Source: an uncultured Puniceicoccaceae bacterium
GTDB lineage: Bacteria > Verrucomicrobiota > Verrucomicrobiia > Opitutales > Opitutaceae
Length of the DNA: 64,000 nucleotides
Assembly: GCA_963933925.1 (NCBI GenBank)
Contig: CAWVWU010000001.1
Location: 1,231-65,230 of the forward strand
Direction of reading: 5' to 3'
Under the pieces are notes generated by a model. It was not told the DNA's origin. It did not search any database and saw only the letters and a list, made by a program, of their open reading frames with translations. Made by a program: the position numbers and the translations under genes. How positions within the stretch are numbered: position 1 is the first letter of the stretch; every line of letters starts with the position of its first letter. This document shows positions 1 through 8,787 of this stretch, one piece after another.

Positions 1-259
1 GCTCCACAAGGTCTAGACTATAGGCAGGGCTTTTCGGTTTGAAGATCAAACCATCATATTGCTTGTAGCCTTGGGCTACGGGGTTCCAGCAAATGCCTTT
101 GATGTTGTAGGCTTCGCCGCTGACCGCCAACCGTCCGTTACTTATCTCGACGTTTGAATTTTCCGGTGAGACAGATCTCGTGTCTCCAGTGTTACACGCG
201 GTGAGTAAAACTATAATCGGTAAGAAATAGAGAGGGATGGGAGCGAAAAGGAGTTTCAT
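1..259 (-). CDS. Lipoprotein, probable glycoside hydrolase (GH2/TIM-barrel-like N-terminus); runs off the left edge
   Basis: Manual translation from ATG 259: MKLLFAPIPLYFLPIIVLLTAC (lipobox) ...NGRLAVSGEAYNIKGICWNPV..., open to position 1; not in the ORF track. Confidence 0.5.
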   Translation of the reverse strand, partial: MKLLFAPIPLYFLPIIVLLTACNTGDTRSVSPENSNVEISNGRLAVSGEAYNIKGICWNPVAQGYKQYDGLIFKPKSPAYSLDLVE

Positions 260-626
260 GACTGCATATATAGATTGCATTAAATCGCGCCTAAAACAAG
301 GAAATTGATGAACAGTATAACATTTAGTTTTAAACGGCGAGGATGGTGAGGAGTGATCCGGCTGTTATTAGCTACGCCATCTCCGCTTCGTTTCGTCTCA
401 CTGCGTTCGTTGGGGTGGTCTCCCGCATGCGGGATCGGTACTCGTTGATACGCCGAGACTAGATGGTGAGGGGGAGGGATGGAGCCCGACGTCGCGTGAC
501 CTACGAAGTTACCGAATATACTTATGAGTAGGTGGAGTCTTATTTAATGACATATTATTCTTAAGAGATTCAGCTGAATTGTACTTTCTGTGGACTTGAT
601 AGAGCCGCTTAAGTGAGGCCATTCCT

Positions 627-643
627 GTCTGACCCCTTTTGCG
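627..643 (+). repeat. J motif copy 1 (short)
   Basis: GTCTGACCCCTTTTGCG, about 70 nt from the stop of the 712-870 ORF. Confidence 0.5.
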
Positions 644-711
644 GGCTGTCCCGCAATCGATAGAAGCAGCTAAGGCGTTTTATCCAATTCCTGGGATAAG
701 GATAGAATGGT

Positions 712-870
712 TCACTTAGCGGAACTCCGTTCTTCAGAGTTCTGGCTACTTTCGTTGCTAGGCTCGTTGTCTTCAGTCGACTTTTGGTTGGCTATGGTGT
801 GGATCAATATTCCACCTCCAAAAATGAAGCAGACGATACACCCAATTACAAATAGTGTTAGATCACCCAT
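712..870 (-). CDS. Small single-TM protein (52 aa)
   Basis: Manual translation MGDLTLFVIGCIVCFIFGGGILIHTIANQKSTEDNEPSNESSQNSEERSSAK*; its ATG overlaps the end of the upstream ORF (AATGGGTGA), suggesting translational coupling. Confidence 0.55.
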   Translation of the reverse strand: MGDLTLFVIGCIVCFIFGGGILIHTIANQKSTEDNEPSNESSQNSEERSSAK

Positions 871-1051
871 TTCGCCTCCCAGTTAAAAAGAGCGTTCCTG
901 CTGCGCAGATCGAAGGCACCCAAATGCCCACGTATATGCCCTGTTGCTTGTTGCCGGTAAACCAAAGGTAGTTTGCCAGAATGAATGAGATGAATGCCGC
1001 AGCGAAGAAATACATTTTGGCGTTCTTGTCTGGATCAGATCGTTTTTTCAT
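863..1051 (-). CDS. Small two-TM membrane protein (62 aa)
   Basis: Two hydrophobic segments around WFTGNKQQGIYVGIWVPSI. Confidence 0.65.
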   Translation of the reverse strand: MKKRSDPDKNAKMYFFAAAFISFILANYLWFTGNKQQGIYVGIWVPSICAAGTLFLTGRRNG

Positions 1052-1174
1052 AATTTCAATTATAATCTCTACTTTAATTTAGAACTTTTCAGGAAGAATC
1101 TCACTCGTCGAATTCAGCGAAACGAGTATGGTTAAATTGAGCTCGGAAACAGCAGCAGTTGTTGTTATTGTTGG

Positions 1175-1540
1175 TCACTGCAAAACCAATACCACTACTA
1201 AAGCAGCTAACATTGAAGCCGCGGGCATGCTTTTCTTCAGCGGGTCGCGAATTTTAATATGAGCGACCAGCGCACCTAAAAGTAGAGTAGACATTCCTGC
1301 TGCTGCGAAGGGTGTTACTTCCTGTATGCCTATGCCCACAACGAGCAGAAGGGCAAATAAGAGCTTCGCAGAGCCGACAGTAACGAGAGTCCAACGAGGC
1401 AAGCCATATTCTTCGAACTCCTCCCTCATGTTGGTGGCGTTTCCGCCTCTCCAGGGAGTCGATTTGTTTAATCGGAGTGTCCAAACATTGATTACAGTCA
1501 GTGCAGCGCCGACTTGCAGAAAAATCTCTATTGGTTCCAT
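1175..1540 (-). CDS. DoxX-family membrane protein
   Basis: Four TM segments; MREEFEEYGLP...VGSAKL pattern typical of DoxX-like proteins. Confidence 0.75.
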   Translation of the reverse strand: MEPIEIFLQVGAALTVINVWTLRLNKSTPWRGGNATNMREEFEEYGLPRWTLVTVGSAKLLFALLLVVGIGIQEVTPFAAAGMSTLLLGALVAHIKIRDPLKKSMPAASMLAALVVVLVLQ

Positions 1541-1849
1541 ATTAATCCTATTGCTCCTGAGTTATGAGTTCAAATACTGTTCTTTGAAGCACTAAAGTAA
1601 CTAATAAGCTTCATGAACAAATATTGAATCTACTATGACTATAACAACAAGGCAATTAGGAGCTCAAAACTATCTATAAGTGGTTCATAAGTGATCCATG
1701 ATAGGTGGATTGTGGAGTCTCAAGGCCGATTCTCGATTCGCAGAAGATGACATGTGAGAAAGGGCATACGGCAAAAATCAAATTGATTTCGGTGACCAGA
1801 TCGTATCAGGCCCTACATTATTGAGGACGGTCTTTTTATTCTAAAAGGT

Positions 1850-1944
1850 GGAGATTGTATTTTGGGATGCTTTGATCGAGGGCGACTCTTTTGTCTTTGT
1901 CGGGGTGATTAGGTCTTGTTCGAAAAAAATGGGGGAGTGAGTGG
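1850..1944 (+). repeat. Repeat C copy 1 (degenerate gene-end remnant)
   Basis: GCTTTGATCGAGGGCGACTC(T/A)TTGTCTTTGTCG...GTGATTAGGTCTTGTTCGAAAAAA..GGGGGAGTGAGTGG shared with 8342-8435. Confidence 0.85.
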
Positions 1945-2000
1945 ATCGAACCGAAAATTGACATTTGATCTATTTCTACCCCTTCATTTTGATTTTTGAA

Positions 2001-2014
2001 GTCTGCCCCTTTTG
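2001..2014 (+). repeat. J motif copy 2 (short)
   Basis: GTCTGCCCCTTTTG, 10 nt from the stop at 2024. Confidence 0.45.
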
Positions 2015-2023
2015 GGAGGGGTG

Positions 2024-2506
2024 TTAGCGGGTTTTGGGATTCGTTAGTAGGCGAAAGATTAGGGCGTGTGATACGAGGAGGAAGGGGACGAGTATGGCGG
2101 GGATGAAGAAGGTGGACCCCATCATTTTGACGGCTCCTAGATATGTGCCGATACTGACTGCGACGATGAGGTCGGCGGTTCCCACGATATTGAATACCCA
2201 GATCGCGGGATTGGCCCAGTGTCGCTTAGTGCGTAGAGCGTAGATCGCGATGAATGCCAACACTGCACTTAAGAGATCACCATAGGCGGTGGGATTGGCG
2301 AAGGTCGTTGGTAGGGGACTGGCGGTTACTCCTGGGATGAGGAAGGAAAGTCCTATGTAACGGAATGTATGCGGAAGTATTAGGATGACGAGGGCGCTTT
2401 CTGGGGTGATTTTTCGCAAAGCCGGCAATGCGTACCACTTGGCTATGAAGCCGTAAGCGATAAAACTGAAGAGGAAACAGATCGGTAGGATGAGGTCTAA
2501 TGGCAT
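2024..2506 (-). CDS. Hypothetical multi-pass membrane protein
   Basis: About five TM segments, PHTFRYIGLSFLIPG / AYGDL motifs; ATG at 2506 preferred over the track start at 2545. Confidence 0.7.
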   Translation of the reverse strand: MPLDLILPICFLFSFIAYGFIAKWYALPALRKITPESALVILILPHTFRYIGLSFLIPGVTASPLPTTFANPTAYGDLLSAVLAFIAIYALRTKRHWANPAIWVFNIVGTADLIVAVSIGTYLGAVKMMGSTFFIPAILVPFLLVSHALIFRLLTNPKTR

Positions 2507-2590
2507 GGCAATGAATTTGTTTTTGGTTAAATGATGTATATACAACTAATGGTGAAAAAGTGGATGTTGTTGGTTGTGAAAGGGGACGCA

Positions 2591-3067
2591 TTAATCGGCG
2601 TCCTGAAGCGCGGTGTAGCTGAGGTGGATGCCTTCGGTGCCTTCGGATCCGAGGGTCTTTTGAACCTGAGCTTGGGCTTCTTGCCAGAGAGGAAGGGCTT
2701 TGAGTAGGAGCTTCTTGCCTTTGGGGGTTACGCTGAGCTGCTGGCTGCGTGCGCTTTCGCCGGGGGCAACGTCTATATAGCCGAAGGCCTCAAGGCGGTT
2801 GATGTTGCGGCTGAGGGTGGATTTTTCGAGTCCGAGTTTCTGGGACAGTTCTTTGGGGGAGACAGTTCTGAGGCGGGTGATCGCGACGATTAAGGTGAGT
2901 TGGTTGCCTGTGATATTGAGTTTACTCAAGGCCGTGTCGTAGATGGCCGTAAGCTGACGACCTACACATCGAGCTCTCAGGCCGAGGCATTGCTCGGCGA
3001 TCTGCTTGGCTGCTTTCTCTAGGCTGCGTTCGGTAGATTGTTTCATGCTCATTGGTTGTAGATACAA
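2591..3067 (-). CDS. MarR-family winged-HTH regulator
   Basis: CLGLRAR...YDTAL...ELSQKLGLEKSTLSRNINRLEAFGYI...LTPKG. Confidence 0.85.
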   Translation of the reverse strand: MYLQPMSMKQSTERSLEKAAKQIAEQCLGLRARCVGRQLTAIYDTALSKLNITGNQLTLIVAITRLRTVSPKELSQKLGLEKSTLSRNINRLEAFGYIDVAPGESARSQQLSVTPKGKKLLLKALPLWQEAQAQVQKTLGSEGTEGIHLSYTALQDAD

Positions 3068-3197
3068 CTAACGCGGCGATTGCAAGGTTGATTGCGTGGG
3101 TTTTTTCTTTGTCTTGGCTTTTCAAAACCTTCTAAGAGGCACTTTGGGTAGGGAAGGGCGGGGAATAAGTTGAAGTCGATGACTATCAATATAGAAA

Positions 3198-3220
3198 TAT
3201 CAATAAGCACAGTCTGGCCC
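3198..3220 (+). repeat. J motif copy 3
   Basis: TATCAATAAGCACAGTCTGGCCC, near-match to 7990-8013; 38 nt from the lactonase stop. Confidence 0.6.
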
Positions 3221-3257
3221 GAATGGCGCTCACTTAAGCGACTTTTCGCTTAGGAAG

Positions 3258-4370
3258 CTAGTTCCTGAACAGGATGCAAATCGAGCCCGGAACGCTGATG
3301 ATATTTCGGGTTTGGAAAGTGAGTCCTCCGGTGTCCTGGTCGATTGCAAATACGGCAACTGTATTGGAGTGCTGACCGGCTGCGAGCAGCCATTTTGCAC
3401 TCGGGTCGAGATTGATGTTTCGTGGGAAGGACCCGCGAATGGCTTCCACTTCAAGGACCTTGAGTTGACCCGTTTTGGGGTTGGCTTGGTATACGGTGAC
3501 AGTGTCGTTTCCTCGGTTGGCGGAGTAGACGAATTCGCGATTGGGGTGGACTAAGATTTCTGAAGCCGAATTGAACGCTTCCTTATCCTTAACTTCTTCG
3601 CTTAAAGCCGCGGTAGTCGAACGCATCTGGGCTGTTCCGGTATTAGCGTTGTAGGCGAAAGTGGTGACGGATAGGGTGAGCTCGTTGAGTAGGTATATGA
3701 ATTTTCCGTCTGCTGAGAAACGCATGTGGCGAGGTCCGGAACCCGGAAGCGCTTGGATGTGACCATGAGGCACGATAGAGGGTGTGTGAGTATCCACTTT
3801 ATAAACAATAATCTGGTCTTTGCCAAGATCGGGTACGAACGCGAATTTCCCATCTGGCGAGTAGCCAGTCCAGTGAGGGTGAGGTGAATCTTGGCGTCTC
3901 TTGACGACTTTCGAGCCGCCTTCGTGTTTTATTAGTTGGCCCCGCGGTTCAATCGAGCCATCTGCAGCAATCGGAAAGAGGGCGACGGAACCGCTTCTAT
4001 ATTGGGCGGTAAGGAGGAACTTGCCCGATGGGTGAACGGAAATGTGGGCCGCGCCGCCGTTGCCGATCGCTTCGGTATTCAGAAGGGTGAGTTTGCCAAC
4101 AGAGTCGATTGAATAGGCAGCGACGCAAGGTTCGCCATCGTTGGCGACCGCATAGAGGTGGGACTGTTTAGTATCCATGGCAAGGAATCCAGGAGAACCG
4201 ATTTCAGCAGCTACGGCTGCTGAGCTAAGCTTGCCGCTTTCGGTGTCCAATGTCGCCTGGTAGATGCCCTTTGAATTGCTTCCGCTAGTGCCAAAGTAAA
4301 CATCAACGACTTTGGCCGATACTGGGATTGAAAGTGAAAGGGTGAGTGAAAGTAAGAGTAGATTTCGCAT
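3258..4370 (-). CDS. pgl: Secreted lactonase family beta-propeller (6-phosphogluconolactonase-like)
   Basis: Signal peptide; RQDSPHPH, PDLGKD, GSGPRHMRF, NRGND, GSFPRNINL motifs. Confidence 0.85.
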   Translation of the reverse strand: MRNLLLLSLTLSLSIPVSAKVVDVYFGTSGSNSKGIYQATLDTESGKLSSAAVAAEIGSPGFLAMDTKQSHLYAVANDGEPCVAAYSIDSVGKLTLLNTEAIGNGGAAHISVHPSGKFLLTAQYRSGSVALFPIAADGSIEPRGQLIKHEGGSKVVKRRQDSPHPHWTGYSPDGKFAFVPDLGKDQIIVYKVDTHTPSIVPHGHIQALPGSGPRHMRFSADGKFIYLLNELTLSVTTFAYNANTGTAQMRSTTAALSEEVKDKEAFNSASEILVHPNREFVYSANRGNDTVTVYQANPKTGQLKVLEVEAIRGSFPRNINLDPSAKWLLAAGQHSNTVAVFAIDQDTGGLTFQTRNIISVPGSICILFRN

Positions 4371-4478
4371 GATGTGACTGGATTTTGGTTGGGGTGTGAT
4401 AGGAAAGTCGAAACAAGGACTTCGATCGTATTACAATTGATTGTGGGACGTCTCTTGTCTCCGGGCCCTTTTCGTTTT

Positions 4479-4521
4479 TGTTATAACATTACGAGAGGGC
4501 TCCTTTTGCAAGTGAAGCGAG
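4479..4521 (+). repeat. J motif copy 4
   Basis: TGTTATAACATTACGAGAGGGCTCCTTTTGCAAGTGAAGCGAG, preceded by GGGCCCTTTTCGTTTT as in copies 8 and 9. Confidence 0.8.
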
Positions 4522-4578
4522 TCCCCCGATTCATGATTTAAGGAGCGAGCTTCACTCCCTAGGATTTGAGTTCGGTGA

Positions 4579-4734
4579 TCAGATCATGATGGCTGTGGTC
4601 TCTTTGGTAAGAGGAAAACTCTTCCCTTGGGGAATTACAAAGTAGCCCTTGGTGGCATTTAGGGTGTTGAAACTTTCGGTGAAGCCACGGCCGGGGTGCT
4701 CGCAAGACGTTTTTGTAGAGTTGTCTGGAGTTAT
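4579..4734 (-). pseudogene. C-terminal gene remnant, possibly of a DUF4143-type ATP-binding protein
   Basis: Manual translation ...RGFTESFNTLNATKGYFVIPQGKSFPLTKETTAIMI*; family resemblance recalled from memory only. Confidence 0.3.
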
Positions 4735-4859
4735 CGAAGAGTCATTAAAGTGGCAAATTCGGAATAGATTCCTAAAAAGCGAGATTTAATAATCTGATTA
4801 GGGAGCAAGGAATGGTGTGGGGTAGGTGAGGACTTTGTCTCGTTTGGCTTCCGGTAAAA

Positions 4860-5942
4860 TTAGTCGAGAAGCTTTCTTTCGCGTTGAAGCTCTGCTTTGA
4901 GTTCTTCTTCGCTTGGTAGAATGGTACGGTATTTTGATGCAAAGAGTTGCTCGTTTTCTTTGAGGACAGAGTATTGCACCATGGTTTCGTCTTTATCGGC
5001 ACAAAGAATAATGCCGATCGTGGGGTTGTCGTCTTCACCGCGTTTGAGATCGTCGAACATGCGAACATACATGTCCATTTGTCCAATGTCCTGATGCTTC
5101 AGTTTTTCGGTTTTCAGGTCGAGTATTACGAAGCATTTTAGCAGGTAATTGTAGAAAACGAGATCGATATAGAAGTGGCTTGTCTCGGTGCTGATACGCA
5201 TTTGACGGGCGACAAAGGAAAAGCCACCGCCCAGCTCCAAGAGGAATTTTTGCAGATCGTTGATCAGTGCAGTTTCAAGTTCCTTTTCGTGGGTGCTCGG
5301 GTCCTCGGGGAGATTTAGAAACTCCAGAATGTACGGGTCTTTGAGGTGGGAGAGTTTCGCTGTTTTGCCTTTCGTCGAGGAATCCGAGGATTGAGTGGAG
5401 AGCAAGCGTTGGAATGACTGTGTCTTTATCTGGCGTTCCAGCTCTCTGACGCTCCAGTTGTTTTTCTTCGATTGTTCGAGGTAGTAGGTTCTAGCACTCT
5501 CGTCTTTCTCCCTCATAATGAGGCAGTTGTGACTCCAGCTCAATTCGCTAGACAGTGTGTAGCGAATTCCTTTTTCCGGGCAGCTAAGAAAGAACTGCCG
5601 CATATTTCTAAGATTCGCGAGGGAGAAGCCTTTGCCAAATTCAGTCGTTAGATTTTTAGAGAGTTCTTCGAGGGTTCGTTTGCCATAACCTGCTTTGTCT
5701 GAGCCGCCTTGCTCCTCTTTTACGATGCGTTCACCAACGCACCAATAGGCGCCTACCATCCTGGAGTTGACGGCTTGGACGGCTTGGTTACGTGCGTGAT
5801 CTAGAATCTCTCGGATTTCTGAGAAGAATTCGTTGGCATCGCTGGTTGGTGATTCTCGTTCATGATTGCTGGTGGAAAAGGTTACAGAGCTACCGAGGAA
5901 TACTTGATAGATGTAGTCGATCGCTTTGCGAGCAGTGGTCAA
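4860..5942 (-). CDS. yhcG: YhcG/DUF1016 PD-(D/E)XK nuclease
   Basis: AYWCVGERIV, LSWSH, WSVRELERQI, KDPYILEFL, FYIDLVFY, DIGQMDMYV, PTIGIILC; true start may be downstream of 5942. Confidence 0.9.
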   Translation of the reverse strand: MTTARKAIDYIYQVFLGSSVTFSTSNHERESPTSDANEFFSEIREILDHARNQAVQAVNSRMVGAYWCVGERIVKEEQGGSDKAGYGKRTLEELSKNLTTEFGKGFSLANLRNMRQFFLSCPEKGIRYTLSSELSWSHNCLIMREKDESARTYYLEQSKKNNWSVRELERQIKTQSFQRLLSTQSSDSSTKGKTAKLSHLKDPYILEFLNLPEDPSTHEKELETALINDLQKFLLELGGGFSFVARQMRISTETSHFYIDLVFYNYLLKCFVILDLKTEKLKHQDIGQMDMYVRMFDDLKRGEDDNPTIGIILCADKDETMVQYSVLKENEQLFASKYRTILPSEEELKAELQRERKLLD

Positions 5943-6055
5943 GCATTCCTTGACAACTGAATCTATCGCGGGGGCTTGTGTGAAAATGGACTAATTCTAT
6001 CGTTTGTTTCCCGCTCTCGTAAACGCACAATTCAAGGAGCGAGCTTCCCATTTGC

Positions 6056-6550
6056 TTACCTCCACTTGTAGGTTGTTTTCTCTTCGATTGTGAGGTCTGA
6101 CTTTAAGCTGAGAGATTGCATGAAGGTTGTCAGTTCTGTCTCTGGTATTTTGTTTTTGGGGATAATCAGATTGGCGGCTTGTTTTAGTTTTATAAGAAAC
6201 AGGTTCTCAAGTTCGGTGAGTGATTCTAGGGCTGTGTACTTGATACTTCCGTTGCTTTCGGGTGTTTCAGAGTAGAGGGTATCATCTTCAATGCGAAGTA
6301 TTGCTTCGAGTTCGATCAGACCTTTTTTAGTCTCGGCAATATGCTTTTTGAAGTGTCTTCGGTACTTCCACCTCAGGAGAGGGTTACTGACAACCAACCA
6401 ACCAATCGCTGCACTTGCAAAGCCTATGGCTAATCCCGTTTCGTTGTTGGCGAAGGCGAATGCACTGATACCCGCGTAGATTACGATGCCCCATATTTTC
6501 GATCGTGTTCGTTGAGACCGATGCGTTTTCGTGATGGTCGAAGAGTACAT
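6056..6550 (-). CDS. YcxB-family membrane protein
   Basis: Two TM helices, then ELENLFLIKLKQAANLIIPK; paralogous to 21282-21830. Confidence 0.6.
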   Translation of the reverse strand: MYSSTITKTHRSQRTRSKIWGIVIYAGISAFAFANNETGLAIGFASAAIGWLVVSNPLLRWKYRRHFKKHIAETKKGLIELEAILRIEDDTLYSETPESNGSIKYTALESLTELENLFLIKLKQAANLIIPKNKIPETELTTFMQSLSLKSDLTIEEKTTYKWR

Positions 6551-6600
6551 TTGAAAGTGAATATCTGCACCCTTTGTTGGGCTCTTGTGGTCATGTCGCC

Positions 6601-6790
6601 TTCGGCTCGGTAGCCACCCCGCAGCCCTTCGACAAGCTCAGGCTCTGCGACAAGCTGTCGACTACGTCGATCTCGGATGAACCGAGACGAGGCATCACTG
6701 CAAACAAACGCTTCGCGCTTCGGGGCTTGATGAATCGCAAAATAGTGTATCGAAGCAAGCTTCGAGGAATGAACCCAGTTGCGATTCAAG
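6601..6790. repeat. Cluster of REP-like short palindromic elements
   Basis: CCCTTCGACAAGCTCAGG, TCTCGGATGAACCGAGA hairpin, CGAAGCAAGCTTCG palindrome. Confidence 0.45.
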
Positions 6791-6951
6791 GAGATCGGCT
6801 TCGCTTAAGCTATATTTGATTTCTTGGCTCATGTTTGTAATTGCTGATTAAGGTGTGCTTTTTTTCGAGAGGGTTATTTTCATGGCAAAGCATGAAGGTG
6901 GTTTTTGGGGGCGGATCGTGGAGAAGGGTGTTGGGGTGTTTGGGGCCTAAA

Positions 6952-6992
6952 TGTCAAACATTACGACCTGCCCGCTTTGCGAGTGGAGCGAG
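6952..6992 (+). repeat. J motif copy 5
   Basis: TGTCAAACATTACGACCTGCCCGCTTTGCGAGTGGAGCGAG, preceded by GTTTGGGGCCT; 23 nt from the rsuA stop. Confidence 0.8.
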
Positions 6993-7014
6993 CCCCCCCC
7001 CCCCGGTGTTAGGT

Positions 7015-7713
7015 TTAGGGATTTGGATTTGAGAAGGACTGCACTTCATCGTTTGTTAGAAATCGCCAGTCTCCGAGGGGGACGTCGAGTGATATCTCCC
7101 CGATTTTCTCGCGGTGCAATGAGATGACTCGATTACCGACGGCTGAGAACATGCGTTTGACCTGGTGGTATTTACCTTCGGTGATCGTTAATCTAGCTTC
7201 TTTCGGACCAAGGATTTGTAAGTTTGCTGGTAGAGTTAATTTGGATTCGCCTTGTAGTTGAAATCCACTCTTAAACCGTTCGATCAAGCCTTCCGTTAGA
7301 TCTCGAGATAGACCGACACGATACACTTTCTGACAGTTATTCGCTGGTGTGATAATATCGAATGTCCAACGACCATTGTCGGTGATCAGTACTAAACCCG
7401 TGGTATCGGCATCCAATCGCCCGGCTACATGTAATTCTGAAACCTTCTCGATCTCCAAGGAATTGAAGAGAGACGGATAGGCTCCATCGGCATTCGAGCA
7501 AATCGTGCCCGAGGGTTTGTGCATCAGAAGGTAACGGAAGCTCCGCGTTTTCAGTAATGTGCCATTGAGAGTGATCGTATTATTCTCGTGCACCTGTGCA
7601 GCCTCGTCAGTGATCGTATCACCATTGACCTTCAGTTGGCCATTGTGGATGCATTGAACCGCTTCAGACCTCGTGTATTCGGTACTTTTGCAAACAAATC
7701 TATCTAGGCGCAT
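7015..7713 (-). CDS. rsuA: 16S rRNA pseudouridine(516) synthase
   Basis: N-terminal S4 domain MRLDRF; HKPSG, AGRLDADTTGL catalytic Asp, EGKYHQVKRMF. Confidence 0.9.
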   Translation of the reverse strand: MRLDRFVCKSTEYTRSEAVQCIHNGQLKVNGDTITDEAAQVHENNTITLNGTLLKTRSFRYLLMHKPSGTICSNADGAYPSLFNSLEIEKVSELHVAGRLDADTTGLVLITDNGRWTFDIITPANNCQKVYRVGLSRDLTEGLIERFKSGFQLQGESKLTLPANLQILGPKEARLTITEGKYHQVKRMFSAVGNRVISLHREKIGEISLDVPLGDWRFLTNDEVQSFSNPNP

Positions 7714-7738
7714 GAGAAGGGTTTTTTCCTGTGGGAAT

Positions 7739-7756
7739 TGAAGATTGAAGGGTGAG
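7739..7756 (+). repeat. TGAA-led heptamer repeat
   Basis: TGAAGAT TGAAGGG TGAG upstream of rsuA. Confidence 0.4.
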
Positions 7757-7820
7757 CTCTTCGATGGGCTCAGGATCTACGAGGGTGTGTTTTTTTTAAC
7801 CACGGAAGGGGTGCTGTGAA

Positions 7821-8017
7821 TTTTTTAACCGCCCATCCGCTATGCGGATTCGAGGACGCTGAGAGGGGGAGGTACTCTGATTTTGGGATCGAATCTTCAA
7901 TTTGTAATTTTCATTTACCGCTTGGTGGTGTTTTTCGGGGGCGGTGTATTGATTCGAAACTGACTCTTGAGATTGTTCCGGAGACATTATGTCAATAAAC
8001 ACAGTCTGAGCCCTTTG
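7821..8017 (+). repeat. Direct repeat B copy 1 (ends in J motif copy 6, 7990-8017)
   Basis: Ungapped match to 8529-8725 (offset 708); I count 7 mismatches over the first 178 nt. Confidence 0.95.
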
Positions 8018-8340
8018 TAGCCTACGGCGATAGTGGCGGATGGGTTGTAGTGAGCGGTATGGTAGTTTTTGCTGTCGGCGGCAGTTATTCGAAATTTTCG
8101 AACAACTGAATCTTCGGAGAGTTCATTGTCTTCGAAGATCTTCTTGATGTGATAGTTGATGGTGTGCGTTTTGACGTCGTAGAGCTCTCCCATCATCTTT
8201 TGGCTGAGCCAGATGTCTTCGTTCTCGTAGATCGCTTCGACGCCGCCTTCGCCAGTGGCGGCAATGAAGGTTAGGTACTCGACGGCTGAGGAGCGAACGA
8301 TGGAGGCGGGCTTCTTCTTTTTGTCGGGATCTTTGCTCAT
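7987..8340 (-). pseudogene. rhuM: RhuM-family (virulence RhuM-like) gene, 3'-truncated
   Basis: SSAVEYLTFIAATGEGGVEAIYENEDIWLSQKMMGELYDV...VRKFRITAADSKNY...AVGYK, then leaves homology inside J copy 6. Confidence 0.8.
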
Positions 8341-8341
8341 G

Positions 8342-8435
8342 GGAGGTTGTGTTTGAGGAAGCTTTGATCGAGGGCGACTCTATTGTCTTTGTCGAGGGTG
8401 ATTAGGTCTTGTTCGAAAAAAGGGGGAGTGAGTGG
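8342..8435 (+). repeat. Repeat C copy 2
   Basis: Matches 1850-1944; minus strand reads ...FFEQDLITLDKDNRVALDQSFLKHNLP*, with the stop overlapping the rhuM ATG (ATGA). Confidence 0.85.
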
Positions 8436-8528
8436 GGGAGAGTCGAAAAATGGACCTTCGATGTTTGAGTCCTTTCTTGTCAGGCGGTGACTTTGCTCAG
8501 TACAGGTCAGGATCTGCGAGTTGTGCTA

Positions 8529-8725
8529 TTTTTTAACCGCCCATCCGCTATGCGGATTCGAGGACGCTGAGAGGGGGAGGTACTTTGATTTTGGGATCGA
8601 ATCTTCAATTTGTAATTTTCAATTACCGCTTGGTGGTATTTTACGGGGGCGGTGTATTGATTCGAAACTGACTCTTGAGACTGTTCCGGAGATATCATGT
8701 CAATAAGTACAGCTTGCCCCCTTTG
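8529..8725 (+). repeat. Direct repeat B copy 2 (ends in J motif copy 7, 8698-8738)
   Basis: Ungapped match to 7821-8017; continues CGAGTGCAGGGAG. Confidence 0.95.
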
Positions 8726-8787
8726 CGAGTGCAGGGAGCACTTTAAGCGTTACTTATGTCAATGGATCGTATGTTGGATATTTGGTG

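Noticed and set aside
342-493. tRNA gene
   Set aside because: TGGTGAG... resembles a reversed tRNA 3' end, but no cloverleaf or intact TTCGA T-loop can be built.
6993-7004. C12 homopolymer as a phase-variation switch
   Set aside because: It is non-coding and lies 3' of rsuA, with no promoter or ORF it would obviously control; it may be an artefact.
7796-8706. ORFs inside repeat B (7796-8002, 7816-7998, 8507-8698, 8521-8706)
   Set aside because: They run through hairpin and periodic elements on both strands with no recognisable family; treated as repeat-derived.
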